A DNA stretch of 64,000 nucleotides from Oscillospiraceae bacterium (GTDB lineage: Bacteria; Bacillota; Clostridia; Oscillospirales; UBA929), in the NCBI GenBank assembly GCA_031254195.1, contig JAIRUW010000009.1, positions 13,906 to 77,905 of the forward strand, given 5' to 3'. The notes beneath the pieces were generated by a model. It saw nothing but the letters and a program-made list of their open reading frames with translations. It searched no databases and was not told where the DNA came from. Of the stretch, positions 26,454-37,014 are shown one piece after another. The translations under genes were made by a program, and so were the position numbers. Position 1 is the stretch's first letter; each line of letters opens with the position of its first letter.

Positions 26454-28811
26454 TCATCTCAGCGTCACAACCGTAACCCCCGTTTCCCCCTCTCCGTATT
26501 TGCCCAAGCGGAACCCCTTGACCGATCTGTTTTTTTTCAGCGCGGCGTGGACGGCGGCGCGCAGCGCCCCGGTGCCCTTGCCGTGGATGACGGTGACCGT
26601 TTCCAGCTTGCGCATGACGGCGTCGTCGATGAAGCGCTCCATCAGCAAAACGCCGTCGTCAGCGGGCTGCCCCCGCAGGTCAATCTCCAATTGAATAGGC
26701 TCGGGCGCGCGCGCGACCGAGACGGAACCGCCTTTGAGTTTTTTCTCTTTTTTAGGTGTACAGGGGCGCAGCTCACTCAACGGCGCGGTGATCTTCATGA
26801 TGCCCGCCTGCAACGGAATCATCCCGTTTTTATCCGCTTCGTCCAACACAACGGCGCGTGTGCCTGTCGCCGCCAGCAAAACCTCCGACCCCGGCGCAGG
26901 CGGTTTGTCAAACAGCTCCTCCGGCTCCGGCAGGGGCAGATTGCCGCCTAAGGAATCCTCTGCTTTGTTAATCTTGCGCCGAGCCTCGGCCAGCTCCTCC
27001 GACGACGCGGCTTCTCTGGCACGGGCGATGTTGCGCGCCGCCTCCTCGGCGGCTTGCCGCGCTTCATTGAGTATCCGCCGCGCTTCGGCGCGGGCGCTGT
27101 CGGCGGCTTTTTCGTGTTCTCGCTCAATCTGCCCGCGCAGCTCCTCCGATTTACGCCGGTCTTCCTCGCTTTGCCGCAGGGCGCGTTCGGCTTCGGCGCG
27201 GTCGTTTTCCAGCGCGGTGCGCTGGCGTTCCAGCTTGGACAGTATGTCCTCAAACGCGGCGTCTCGCACACCGACGCGCTGCCTGGCCGCTTCGATGACA
27301 TGCCCCGGCAGGCCCAGACGCTGTGAGATGGCAAAGGCGTTGCTCCGCCCGGGGATACCTATCAGCAGGCGGAAGGTGGGGCGGAGCGTTTCCACGTCAA
27401 ACTCGCAGCTCGCGTTTTCCACGCCCGCCGTTGACATGGCGTAGGTTTTCAACTCCGCATAGTGTGTAGTGGCGGCGACATGACAGCTCTGCGACCGCGC
27501 CTGCTCGATGATGGCGACGGCCAGCGCGGCGCCTTCCACCGGATCGGTGCCCGCGCCCAGTTCATCGAACAGCACCAGACTGCCCGGCCCGGCTTCCCCT
27601 AAGATCGCGACGATGTTGCGCATATGCGAGGAGAAGGTGGACAGGCTCTGCGCGATTGACTGCTCGTCCCCGATGTCGGCATAGACCGCGCCGGTAAAGG
27701 CCACTTCACTGCCCTCCCCGGCGGGGATGTGCAATCCGCAGGCCGCCATCAGCGTCAGCAGGCCGAGGGTTTTGAGCGTTACCGTCTTGCCGCCGGTGTT
27801 GGGGCCGGTGACGACCAACGTATCGTAACCCTTTCCCAGCCAGACCGACACCGGTACAGCCGTGCCCTTGGGCAGCAAAGGGTGCCGCGCCATGCGCAGG
27901 TCAGTCACGCCGCCCCCGCCCAGCAGCGGCTGCGACGCGTTCATATCCGAGGCCAGTTTGGCACGGGCAAATATGGCGTCTATGGCGACCAGCGCGTCAT
28001 AATCCTCTAATATCAAGCCTCCCGAAGCGTCGCACTCCGCCGTCAAGATGGCTAAAATACGCTCTATCTCCTTGCGCTCTTTGCCTTCCAGTTCGCGCAG
28101 TTCATTGTCCGCCTGCACCACAGCCGCCGGCTCGATGAAGAGTGTCGCGCCGGAGGAGGATACGTCGTGCAAAAGCCCCGGCACGTCGTTTTTATGCTCT
28201 GCTTTGACCGGGATGACAAACCGCCCGCCTCGCTGGGTGATCAGCGCGTCCTGGAGATACTTTCCGTGCGAGGAGATGTATTTATTCAGTGTATCGCGGA
28301 TCTTCGATCCGGTCGCGCGAATCTTCCGCCGGATGGACGCCAGCTCGCTGCTCGCGTGGTCGGAAATCTCCTCCTCGCTCAAGATACAGCCGGTGATATG
28401 GTCTTCCAGCGGCTTGTCGCCGGCCAGGCGGCGGAATAGGTTGTCCAGACTTGACGGCTCGGCCTTCAAGCCCCTATCCGCGGAAGCGTATGCGCGCACC
28501 GTACGCGCCGCCCGCAGTGTCGCGGCGATGTCGAGCAGTTCGCGCGTGTTAAGGATGCCGCCCAGCTGCGCGCGCGACAACGCCGCCGCGACCGGCTTGA
28601 TACCCGACAGAGCAGGCGCGCCGCGCTGTTCCAGCATAGCCCGCGCCGCACCGGTCTGCTTCTGCCGTTCCGCCGCTTCCTCTATATCTGACGCGGGGCG
28701 CAACGCGAGGCAGCGCTCTTTGGCCTCCTCCGACACGGCAAAGGCGGCAAGCATGTCCAATACACGCGGCAATTCCAATGTTTGCAGGGATTTATCGGTC
28801 AACGCGCTCAT
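26454..28811 (-). CDS. mutS2: Endonuclease MutS2 (ribosome collision sensor RqcU-type)
   Basis: TGPNTGGKT, DELGAGTDP, TTHYAELK, coiled coil, C-terminal Smr IDLRG...IHGKGTG. Confidence 0.95.
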   Translation of the reverse strand: MSALTDKSLQTLELPRVLDMLAAFAVSEEAKERCLALRPASDIEEAAERQKQTGAARAMLEQRGAPALSGIKPVAAALSRAQLGGILNTRELLDIAATLRAARTVRAYASADRGLKAEPSSLDNLFRRLAGDKPLEDHITGCILSEEEISDHASSELASIRRKIRATGSKIRDTLNKYISSHGKYLQDALITQRGGRFVIPVKAEHKNDVPGLLHDVSSSGATLFIEPAAVVQADNELRELEGKERKEIERILAILTAECDASGGLILEDYDALVAIDAIFARAKLASDMNASQPLLGGGGVTDLRMARHPLLPKGTAVPVSVWLGKGYDTLVVTGPNTGGKTVTLKTLGLLTLMAACGLHIPAGEGSEVAFTGAVYADIGDEQSIAQSLSTFSSHMRNIVAILGEAGPGSLVLFDELGAGTDPVEGAALAVAIIEQARSQSCHVAATTHYAELKTYAMSTAGVENASCEFDVETLRPTFRLLIGIPGRSNAFAISQRLGLPGHVIEAARQRVGVRDAAFEDILSKLERQRTALENDRAEAERALRQSEEDRRKSEELRGQIEREHEKAADSARAEARRILNEARQAAEEAARNIARAREAASSEELAEARRKINKAEDSLGGNLPLPEPEELFDKPPAPGSEVLLAATGTRAVVLDEADKNGMIPLQAGIMKITAPLSELRPCTPKKEKKLKGGSVSVARAPEPIQLEIDLRGQPADDGVLLMERFIDDAVMRKLETVTVIHGKGTGALRAAVHAALKKNRSVKGFRLGKYGEGETGVTVVTLR

Positions 28812-28855
28812 AATGGTTTCCTTTCGCCAATTGCATCAAGTACATGGGTACAGAC

Positions 28856-29437
28856 TCAGTCCTTATCCAAATCCAGAATCAAGCGTATTTCGCCCTTGCC
28901 TATGTTCAGTTCCCGCGCTACCTCGCTCATGGTCAGTCCCTTCCCCGTCAGGTAGCGAATCTTCTGCCCCTTGCCGGGCAGCCGGTCCAGCTCGGCGCGG
29001 TCACGCTGCGAAAGGCGGGACGGCTTCCCCTCCTCCGCGGGCGTTTCCCCTTTTTTGCTTGGACGGGGTTCTTTTTTCGCGGGTTTATCAAGAGGCGCGG
29101 GCGGCTCCCCGGGCGGCGGAGCCTCCTCCACCTGCGGCTTGGGCGCGAAGACGCCGGGCTGCATCACCTGCATGTAGAGCGTCGTCGCCTGACGGGACAT
29201 GGTCAGCAGCTCGTTGCGCCGCGACTCCAGTTCTTCATGCACCTCGCCGACATACGCTTCAAAGCTGTCGAGCATCTCCTCGATTTCCCTATACAGGCGG
29301 ACGATTTTCTGATCCAGGGCGCGGTTTTCACGCGTTTCAGCCTGCGCTTCCTTAAAGCGCCGCCGAACCGACCTCTCGTGCAGTATCAAAACAATAATCA
29401 GCGCCGCGACCGACGCTGCGAGCCATATCTCCCACAT
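28856..29437 (-). CDS. Membrane-anchored protein with C-terminal HTH (DUF6115/DUF2802-like)
   Basis: N-terminal TM, coiled coil, MSEVARELNIGKGEIRLILDL; usual position after sigD. Confidence 0.7.
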   Translation of the reverse strand: MWEIWLAASVAALIIVLILHERSVRRRFKEAQAETRENRALDQKIVRLYREIEEMLDSFEAYVGEVHEELESRRNELLTMSRQATTLYMQVMQPGVFAPKPQVEEAPPPGEPPAPLDKPAKKEPRPSKKGETPAEEGKPSRLSQRDRAELDRLPGKGQKIRYLTGKGLTMSEVARELNIGKGEIRLILDLDKD

Positions 29438-29444
29438 TATTCAA

Positions 29445-29810
29445 TCACACCCGAATGTCAAATCGTTTCGTTTCGACTTCGGCGTCCTTGCCGCTGCTGA
29501 CCGGTAAATTGAGCAGCCGCTCTGAAGCCCGGCGTTGCAGCTCGCCGCCTTCTTCCCCCGGCGGCGCTTCCTTCTTTTCCCGTTTCTTCTGTTCCTGGTC
29601 GGCTTTGTTCCCGCTCTCGGAATCGGTGCGCACAATCGCCCCTTCTACCTCGGACTTGTCGCGCACAGTGTGCAGGTCTTCTTCGGTATCTTGGTTGATC
29701 TCATGTATCGTTCCGGCGCTCAGCCCCGTCTGCCGTATATCGCGAATACGGTCGGCGGCCATCTCGGTTGACTTCGTGATGGCGACATTGTCTGTTATGC
29801 GCATCGACAT
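29445..29810 (-). CDS. Conserved hypothetical protein downstream of sigD
   Basis: 121-aa charged ORF with GGAGG RBS, ends FDIRV. Confidence 0.7.
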   Translation of the reverse strand: MSMRITDNVAITKSTEMAADRIRDIRQTGLSAGTIHEINQDTEEDLHTVRDKSEVEGAIVRTDSESGNKADQEQKKREKKEAPPGEEGGELQRRASERLLNLPVSSGKDAEVETKRFDIRV

Positions 29811-29826
29811 TGCTACACCTCCCGTT

Positions 29827-30597
29827 TTATAAAAACGCTTTTCTCATCTTTGTCCTCAATGTCATCAGCGCCTTAGAGTGGATCTGGCTTACCCTTGACT
29901 CGGTAACGCCCAGCACAAGCCCGATTTCCTTGAGTGTCAGCTCGTCGTAGTAATACATCGACACCACCTGTTTTTCCTTGTCGGGCAGCGCCTCGATGGT
30001 TTTGGCGAGTACGCTCCTGATTTCCTGCTCCTCCAAGCATTTTTCCGGGCTTTCGTCCGGCGAGGCCGCCAGCGAGTCCCCGGCGACGCGGTCCATCAGC
30101 ATCTCGTCTAGCGCGACGAGGTTGAAGGTGTGCGCCTCATCCAGCGTCTTTTTGACATCGTCCGCGCTCATCGAGAGTCTGGACGCCACCTCCGATTCGG
30201 TAGGCGTGCGCCCCATGCTCGACTCAAGATTTTCGAAGCATTCCTCCACCCGCTTGATCTTCTGCCGGAGGCTGATCGGCGCCCAGTCCTGCTTGCGGAT
30301 CTGGTCGATGATCTCGCCCTTTACGCGCAATGACGCGTACGTCTCAAATTTAACGTCCTTGGTTATGTCAAATTTGTCAATGGCGTCCATAAGTCCCAGC
30401 AGGCCGCTGCTCATCAGATCGTCGAAGTCCACATGCTTGCGATAGGTGGGCACAAGCCGCAGCGCGATGCTTCTGACCAGACCGACATACTTCATCACCA
30501 GTTCGTTCCGCATCTCAAGGCTGCGCGTACGCGTAAAATCTGCCCACAGCCGGGCGGTCGACGCCGCTTCGGCCTTGACGTCTTCAATCCCTTGCAT
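29827..30597 (-). CDS. fliA: Flagellar sigma factor sigma-28 (FliA/SigD/WhiG family)
   Basis: DDLMSSGLLGLMDAIDKFD, KFETYASLRVKGEIIDQIR, LTLKEIGLVLGVTESRVSQIH; start ATG 30597. Confidence 0.93.
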   Translation of the reverse strand: MQGIEDVKAEAASTARLWADFTRTRSLEMRNELVMKYVGLVRSIALRLVPTYRKHVDFDDLMSSGLLGLMDAIDKFDITKDVKFETYASLRVKGEIIDQIRKQDWAPISLRQKIKRVEECFENLESSMGRTPTESEVASRLSMSADDVKKTLDEAHTFNLVALDEMLMDRVAGDSLAASPDESPEKCLEEQEIRSVLAKTIEALPDKEKQVVSMYYYDELTLKEIGLVLGVTESRVSQIHSKALMTLRTKMRKAFL

Positions 30598-30694
30598 TGT
30601 CCCACCCCCCGTTATCATGCTAAGCGTAAACCCCGTAACAAATCGCGCTTATCCGCGCACGACTTCCTTGGTATTATACCGCGAGCCGCTCATT

Positions 30695-31423
30695 CTATGA
30701 GTCTTCCTCGCTCAGGCGTTTTTCCTGCTGCCGCCGCTTGAGCTGTTCGGCGAAGATATATTTGATGATGCGGTTGCGCAGGGATTCCTCTATGCCGATG
30801 AACTTCGCGCCCATGATATACTTCCCCTCATAGAGGTCGCGTTCGCACCGCACAATCCGCATCGCTGCCGAAACCCTGTTCCCGTCGTCTAAAAACACCT
30901 CGCAACTGCCCACCGCGCCAAGCTCCATCATCTCCTTGCTGAAATACCGCAGGCCGCCGCCGCTGATATCCAGTGTAAAGCCGCCGATCATCCCATCCTT
31001 GTTGGCCGCTCCCGACAGCTTACGGTCCGCCAGCAGGGCGACGGCTTCCGCGTCGCTGAGCCGATCGGCGTTCGGTACGCCGGCCAGCGGCCAGACCGAC
31101 ACAGGCAGCAGCGTATCAAAGCGCACGAAATCGCGTCGCTGATACCGGGAGATTTTGGAGCGGATCTCCACCTCGATGAAAACCAGTCCGCGTTCTTTGA
31201 AGATATTTTCCGCGGTGACGGTGCAGGTGAGCATCCCGGACTCGCGGAAGATATATAAACTGAGCTTGTCGTCTTTCTTGACGGGGAGGCGGTTGGTCCC
31301 GCTCATAGGCTCGCTGATGACCAGCCGCCCCGCGGTGGTGATCATTTCGATAACGGATACGGCTCGTTTCTCCTCGCGCAGGATCTCCAGCCGTTCCCCC
31401 AATTTCAACTCAATACCGGCCAT
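30695..31423 (-). CDS. PilZ-domain flagellar brake protein (YcgR/DgrA-like)
   Basis: RRDFVR (RxxxR) and DISGGG c-di-GMP-binding motifs. Confidence 0.88.
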   Translation of the reverse strand: MAGIELKLGERLEILREEKRAVSVIEMITTAGRLVISEPMSGTNRLPVKKDDKLSLYIFRESGMLTCTVTAENIFKERGLVFIEVEIRSKISRYQRRDFVRFDTLLPVSVWPLAGVPNADRLSDAEAVALLADRKLSGAANKDGMIGGFTLDISGGGLRYFSKEMMELGAVGSCEVFLDDGNRVSAAMRIVRCERDLYEGKYIMGAKFIGIEESLRNRIIKYIFAEQLKRRQQEKRLSEEDS

Positions 31424-31426
31424 ACA

Positions 31427-32311
31427 TTACCTCATGTCATCATTCTTCTTGAATACTTTTGCCAAAAACGCCTGCAAACCGTTCTCCGGCGACTCAGGTT
31501 TCCGGTCGAGCAGGTTCCACGCGATTGCCTCGATGTTGCGCGTAGCGGCGCTGCGCGGGTAACTCAGCACAAAGGGCTGCTGGATCCGTACGCCGCGCGA
31601 CACGGCTGGGTCGTTGAGGACATACCCCAGACGGTCTATCTCAACCTTTTGATACAGCCTGACCACGCTCATGAATTTTTGCAATGTCATCTCAGCCTCC
31701 GACACCGACTCGGCACGGTTGATGATCAGGCGCAGCTCGCATTCGGGCGAGTATTTCGTGATCGACTTGACCAGCGCGTAAGCGTCCATGATGGCGGTCG
31801 GTTCCGGCGTTGTTACGATGACCGTCTCCGCGCTGGCGCGAACCATGCGCATGATCAAGGGGTTGACGCCCGCGCCGGTATCGAAGATGATGACATCGGC
31901 TGTGTCCTCTAATAATAACAGATTATCTATGATGGCCGCAAGCTGTATTTCCGACATATTGAGCAATTCGTTCATTCCGCTCCCGCCCGAAACGAACATG
32001 ACGCCGCCCGGCCCCTCGGCGAGGACGTCGCGTATCCGCTTCTGTCCGCGCAGAACATATGATAAATCATACGGCGGGGAGACGCCCAGCATGACATCTA
32101 TGTTGGAAAGGCCAAAGTCCGCGTCCACCAGCAGCACGCGAAGCCCCTTCTTGGCGAGGGAAATGCCCAGGTTGACGCTGATGCTGGTTTTTCCGACGCC
32201 GCCTTTGCCGCTGGTGACGCACAGGACACGCGCCCCCTGTCCCGGCTCGCGCGTTCTCTGCTTCTTCAGGTTGTCTACAATTTGGCGCAGCGCGCTGGCT
32301 TGGTCTCTCAT
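31427..32311 (-). CDS. flhG: Flagellar number regulator, MinD/ParA family ATPase
   Basis: SGKGGVGKT, DADFGLSN, DTGAG, TTPEPTA; start ATG 32311 after GGAGGG. Confidence 0.9.
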   Translation of the reverse strand: MRDQASALRQIVDNLKKQRTREPGQGARVLCVTSGKGGVGKTSISVNLGISLAKKGLRVLLVDADFGLSNIDVMLGVSPPYDLSYVLRGQKRIRDVLAEGPGGVMFVSGGSGMNELLNMSEIQLAAIIDNLLLLEDTADVIIFDTGAGVNPLIMRMVRASAETVIVTTPEPTAIMDAYALVKSITKYSPECELRLIINRAESVSEAEMTLQKFMSVVRLYQKVEIDRLGYVLNDPAVSRGVRIQQPFVLSYPRSAATRNIEAIAWNLLDRKPESPENGLQAFLAKVFKKNDDMR

Positions 32312-32362
32312 CGGGCTTCCCTCCCTTCCTTCTACCATCATTCTATCTAACATCATTCTATA

Positions 32363-33781
32363 TTATGGGTCCCGGGTCATCAGTCTCGCCACAATCTTCC
32401 GCACATCCGCGACCTCAATGTCGTCCGGGACGTTCTGCCCAATGGCGGTGTAGGAGATGGGCCTGTCCGAGAGGAACCGCGCGTTGAGCAGCGTACCCCA
32501 TGTCGGCGTTTCGTCCAGCTTTGTGATGATGAGCTTAAAGTCGCTCAGGAATGAATACGCATTGAGGATATTGAGCAGGCCTGTGAAGCTGGTGGTGGCG
32601 GACAGTACCAGGTGTACCTCGTCGCAGTCGGAGTGGCGGATGAGGTCTTTGACTTCATCTTCATGCGTCCGGTCGGACGGGCTTTTGCCGGCGGTATCCA
32701 CAAACACGATGTCCTTATCCTCGTGTTCGCGCAAGGCGTCGCCAATCTCCTCGGGGGCGTAGACGATGGTAAGCGGGATCTCAAGGATCTGTGCGTACGT
32801 CTTGAGCTGCTCGACGGCCGCGATGCGGTAGGTGTCGGTGGTAATCACGCCTACCTTGGCGTGGTGGTTAATCGAATAGATGGCGGCCAGCTTGGCGAGC
32901 GTGGTCGTCTTGCCTACGCCGGTCGGCCCGATCAGCAGCACGACGGTGCGCTTGAACCGCTTGAGCTTAATCGGTTCGGCCTGTCCGATATACTGGCGCA
33001 GCAGCTGCTCCATCACCTCGTTGGGGTCGGCCTGCTGCTTTTTAACGATCTCGCTCACCTCGCGCGCCAGCTTGTGGGCAAACTCCTCGTGCGTCTCGTT
33101 TTCCAGCAGGCTCAGCAAAAGCGCTTCTATGTCGGGGCTATAGGAGCGCGCGTCGTGAGAATGGCGGATCGTCCCGGCCAGTGTGTTGAGCGAGGACGAA
33201 AGCTCGTCGATTTTGTTCTCCAGCGCCGAAAGCTGGCCGTCCCGCGCGTCGGAATACTTGTGAATAACGCGCTCATGCGGGCGCGCCTCGGGGATCTCCA
33301 GCTGGCGGAAACCGTCGTCCTCCTTGGACGGCGGGGCTGATGGAAACGGCTGGGCGGCTTTGGCGTAAGCCTGCGACGCTGTCTGCGGCGCCGTCAGCGG
33401 GGGGTAGGGCTGCTGGACCGGCGGTTTGCTTGTGGGTGGGGCGAATGCACCGGAGGAAAGTCTATCCAAAGCCTCCAGCGCGCGTTCCGCCTTGACCGAA
33501 AGCTCGGCGCTGCGGGCAGGCGGCTCCGCGGCAGGGCGCGGCGGCCGTTTATACACCCCCGGCGGCGTGGCGAGGATTTTGGGCAGCGGGCCGGACAGCG
33601 GCTCGGCCGGGGGAGCCTCGTAGGCGGCGATCACTTCAACCTGCGGTTTTGTCCACAGCCGCTTTAATCCCTTCTTGGGGACCGCCCGCTGAGAAAGGAT
33701 GAGCGCGTCGCGCCCCAGCTCGCGTTTGATTTGCTCCATAGCTTCCGGCATGGTGTCGGCCACGTAACGCTTTATATTCAC
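32363..33781 (-). CDS. flhF: Flagellar SRP-type GTPase
   Basis: IKRYVADTMPEAM N terminus; GPTGVGKTTT, DTYRIAA, DTAG, TKLDE. Confidence 0.93.
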   Translation of the reverse strand: MNIKRYVADTMPEAMEQIKRELGRDALILSQRAVPKKGLKRLWTKPQVEVIAAYEAPPAEPLSGPLPKILATPPGVYKRPPRPAAEPPARSAELSVKAERALEALDRLSSGAFAPPTSKPPVQQPYPPLTAPQTASQAYAKAAQPFPSAPPSKEDDGFRQLEIPEARPHERVIHKYSDARDGQLSALENKIDELSSSLNTLAGTIRHSHDARSYSPDIEALLLSLLENETHEEFAHKLAREVSEIVKKQQADPNEVMEQLLRQYIGQAEPIKLKRFKRTVVLLIGPTGVGKTTTLAKLAAIYSINHHAKVGVITTDTYRIAAVEQLKTYAQILEIPLTIVYAPEEIGDALREHEDKDIVFVDTAGKSPSDRTHEDEVKDLIRHSDCDEVHLVLSATTSFTGLLNILNAYSFLSDFKLIITKLDETPTWGTLLNARFLSDRPISYTAIGQNVPDDIEVADVRKIVARLMTRDP

Positions 33782-35844
33782 AGAGACACCATCCCATCCG
33801 CCTGAATATCGATATTCTGCATCAGCTCGTTATACGATAAAACGACTAGGTCGGGCGCCAGCCCTTCGACCATTCTCTTGAAATGGAAACGGACAACCGG
33901 CGAGCACAGTACCACCGGCGCGATGCCAAGGCTCTGCACACGCTCCACCGCGCCGCGTACCGACGCGAACACCGTCTGTATCTCGTTGGCGTCGAGGGCG
34001 ACATAGGAGCCGTGCTCGGTCTGCCGGATGCTCTCTAAAATCTTATTTTCCAGTTCGGGGGCGATAGTGATGACATGCACCTTACCCTCCGGCGCGAACT
34101 TGGCCGTGATGGTGCGCTTCAGCGCCTGCCGCACATACTCGGTCAGCATGTCGCTGTCGCGCGTGATGCCGCCGTAGTCGCCCATCGTCTCGACGATGGT
34201 GCTCATGTCACGGATCGATACGCCCTCGCGCAGGAGGTTTGCCAAAATCTTCTGAAGCTCACCCAAGGTAAACATCTTGGGGATAACATCCTCCACCAGC
34301 GACGGCTGCGCCTGCTTGAGGTTATCCACCAGCGCTTGCACCTGCTGGCGCCCCAGCAGCTCGTGGGCATGGGTGCGCACAATCTCGGTCAGGTGGGTGG
34401 CGATGACGCTGGGCGGGTCAACGATGGTATAGCCATACAGCTCCGCTTTTTCCCGCTCACGCGAGGAGATCCACTTGGCCGGAAGGCCGAACGCCGGCTC
34501 TATAGTGTCGATGCCGATGATCTCCTCATCCACTGTGCCCGGGTTCATCGCAAGGTAATGGTCGAGTACAATTTCCCCGCGCGCCACCTCGTTGCCTTTA
34601 ATCTTGATTGAATACTCGTTGTTGGCGAAGCGGATGTCGTCGCGCATACGGATGACCGGTACAATCAACCCCATCTCAGTCGCGCACTGGCGGCGTATCA
34701 TCACGACGCGGTCGAGCAAATCGCCGCCCTGCGACGGTTCCGCCAGCGGGATGATGCCATAGCCAAATAGCAGCTCGATCGGGTCTACCTGCAACAGGGA
34801 AACGACATTCTCCATCTTGCGCGTTTCCTGCGCTTCCGCTTCCACCGTCTCGCCCGGCGGTACAGCCTCCGCCTGCTTCTTCCGCGCCCGTATCTGAAGC
34901 AGCCCCAAAACAACCAGGCCTATACCAATCAGCCACATCTGAATCCTCGGCGCGCCGGGGAGGAAGCTGAGCAAAAGGATCACGCCGCCGCCTACAAAGA
35001 GGATATACGGCTCCCGGGTAAACTGCCTCGCCACATCCATGCCCAAAGAATCGTCGGTCGCGGCCTTTGTGACGATGACGCCGGTCGCGGCGGAAATCAG
35101 CATGGCGGGGATCTGGGAAGAAAGGCCGTCGCCGATGGCAAGGATGACAAAGACCTGTGCGGGGTTTTCCATGCCGCTCATGAAGCCTATAATCAGCCCG
35201 CCGATGACAATGATGGCGGTGGAGATGATGCCGAGGATATTGTCTCCCTTGACAAACTTGGACGCGCCGTCCATACTGCCGTAGAAGTCCGCTTCCCGCG
35301 CCACGTTGGTGCGGCGCTTGCGCGCTTCTGCTTCGTCGATTACGCCGGAGTTGAGGTCGGCGTCGATCGCCATCTGCTTTCCGGGCATGGCGTCCAGGGT
35401 AAAACGGGCGGCGACTTCGCTGACCCGCTCCGCGCCGCGTGTGACGACCAGGAGCTGTACGAGGATGAGGAGGAGGAATATGATTGTCCCTACAACGATG
35501 TCGTTCCCGCCGACAAACTCACCCATCAGGCGGATCATGCTGCCCGCCCTGTTAAGCGTATCCGGGTAACCCAGAGTGTTGTCCCCCTGAAGGATCAGAC
35601 GCGCGGTAGAAATAGTGATGGCGATGCGGAACAAAGTCAGGATCAGCAATACGGTGGGGAAGGTCGAAAACCCCAGCGCGTCCTGCGCGCTGATGGAAAC
35701 CAGTATGACGGTGATCGCGGCGACGATATTCAACGTGATGAGGATGTCCACCAATGCGGGAGCCAGCGGTACAAAGAGCATAAGGACGACCATCACGACG
35801 ATGACCGAAAGGACCAGGTTGCCCGATATGCGCTTCAGTTCCAA
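33778..35844 (-). CDS. flhA: Flagellar export protein FlhA
   Basis: EVAARFTLDAMPGKQMAIDADL, FYGSMDGASKFVKGD, GDGLSSQIPA. Confidence 0.97.
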   Translation of the reverse strand: MELKRISGNLVLSVIVVMVVLMLFVPLAPALVDILITLNIVAAITVILVSISAQDALGFSTFPTVLLILTLFRIAITISTARLILQGDNTLGYPDTLNRAGSMIRLMGEFVGGNDIVVGTIIFLLLILVQLLVVTRGAERVSEVAARFTLDAMPGKQMAIDADLNSGVIDEAEARKRRTNVAREADFYGSMDGASKFVKGDNILGIISTAIIVIGGLIIGFMSGMENPAQVFVILAIGDGLSSQIPAMLISAATGVIVTKAATDDSLGMDVARQFTREPYILFVGGGVILLLSFLPGAPRIQMWLIGIGLVVLGLLQIRARKKQAEAVPPGETVEAEAQETRKMENVVSLLQVDPIELLFGYGIIPLAEPSQGGDLLDRVVMIRRQCATEMGLIVPVIRMRDDIRFANNEYSIKIKGNEVARGEIVLDHYLAMNPGTVDEEIIGIDTIEPAFGLPAKWISSREREKAELYGYTIVDPPSVIATHLTEIVRTHAHELLGRQQVQALVDNLKQAQPSLVEDVIPKMFTLGELQKILANLLREGVSIRDMSTIVETMGDYGGITRDSDMLTEYVRQALKRTITAKFAPEGKVHVITIAPELENKILESIRQTEHGSYVALDANEIQTVFASVRGAVERVQSLGIAPVVLCSPVVRFHFKRMVEGLAPDLVVLSYNELMQNIDIQADGMVSL

Positions 35845-35883
35845 ATGCTCACCGCCTTTCTAGTGCTGCTCTATCGATACCCC

Positions 35884-37014
35884 TTATCTGCCCGCCGCCC
35901 TCCTGACCTGACGCAGCCCCGCCGCGGGGCGGGGAGCGGGGGTATGGTGCCGCTTCTTATACACATATGACAGGATCTCGGCTACAGCCGCAAACATGTC
36001 GAACGGGATGCGCTGCCCCACCTCGCAGGCCATATAGAGCGCCTGCGCCACCGGCTTGTTCTCCACGATCTCCACACGGTTCTGCTCGGCGACCGCGCGA
36101 ATCCTGTGCGCAAGGTGGTCCTTGCCTTTGGCTACAACGATGGGAGCGTCGGCTTCCTTATCATTATACCGGATGGCCACGGCATAGTGTGTGGGGTTAG
36201 TGATGACCACATCGGCCTGCGGGATGGCCCGCATCATACGCATCATGCTCATCTGGCGCTGCTTCTCCTTGCGCTTGGAGCGGATCAGCGGGTCGCCCTC
36301 CATCTGTTTGAACTCTTGTTTGACTTCATGCCTGCTCATTTTTAAGTTGCGTTCATACTCCCACCACTGATAAAGATAATCGGCCAATCCGATGATGATC
36401 AGCACCGCGGCCGCTTTGATGGCAATGGCCATCGACATATCGACGATCACATTAGCCGCCTGTCCGATAGATAGATTCATCATCATCGGGAAAGAATTAA
36501 AATTCTTCATATACTCCTGATACGCGATGACGGTCATCAGCGTGATCTTGAGGATAGATTTCAGCATTTCCACGACGCTGCGTACCGAGAAGATGCGCTT
36601 GAAGCCCTGAATGGGATTTAGCTTGGAGAGCTTGGGCTTAACGGTCTCGCCGGTAAGCAAAAACCCGAACTGCGCCACATTGGCTACGATCCCCATGACA
36701 AGCGCTACGGATACAAGGGGCAGCAATATCCACAAAAACTCCCAAATCGCTTTGGTCACTTCCGCTATAATATCAGCCTTTCCCGGGACTGTGCGCAGCC
36801 TGCCCATATGCTCTAAGGAGTACACCAGAAACTCGCTCATCCCCTTTACCATCCAACTGCCCACGGCAAAGATGATGATAAACATGCTGATGGTCAGAAT
36901 CGCCGTATTCACCTCGGCGCTTTTCAGCACCTGACCCTTCTTACGGGCATCCTGCCGTTTTTTAGGGGTTGCTTTTTCGGTCTTTTCGCCGCCTCCGCCT
37001 TGGTCAGGTGTCAT
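35884..37014 (-). CDS. flhB: Flagellar export protein FlhB
   Basis: EKTEKATPKK, LKMSRHEVKQEFKQMEGDP, NPTH autocleavage site. Confidence 0.97.
   Translation of the reverse strand: MTPDQGGGGEKTEKATPKKRQDARKKGQVLKSAEVNTAILTISMFIIIFAVGSWMVKGMSEFLVYSLEHMGRLRTVPGKADIIAEVTKAIWEFLWILLPLVSVALVMGIVANVAQFGFLLTGETVKPKLSKLNPIQGFKRIFSVRSVVEMLKSILKITLMTVIAYQEYMKNFNSFPMMMNLSIGQAANVIVDMSMAIAIKAAAVLIIIGLADYLYQWWEYERNLKMSRHEVKQEFKQMEGDPLIRSKRKEKQRQMSMMRMMRAIPQADVVITNPTHYAVAIRYNDKEADAPIVVAKGKDHLAHRIRAVAEQNRVEIVENKPVAQALYMACEVGQRIPFDMFAAVAEILSYVYKKRHHTPAPRPAAGLRQVRRAAGR

Noticed and set aside
28048-29500. 435-aa and 218-aa plus-strand ORFs
   Set aside because: Antisense to mutS2 and the DUF6115-like gene; no RBS or domain signal
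30673-30678. Internal promoter for sigD (TATAAT on the minus strand)
   Set aside because: No credible -35 or extended -10, so the hexamer alone is insufficient
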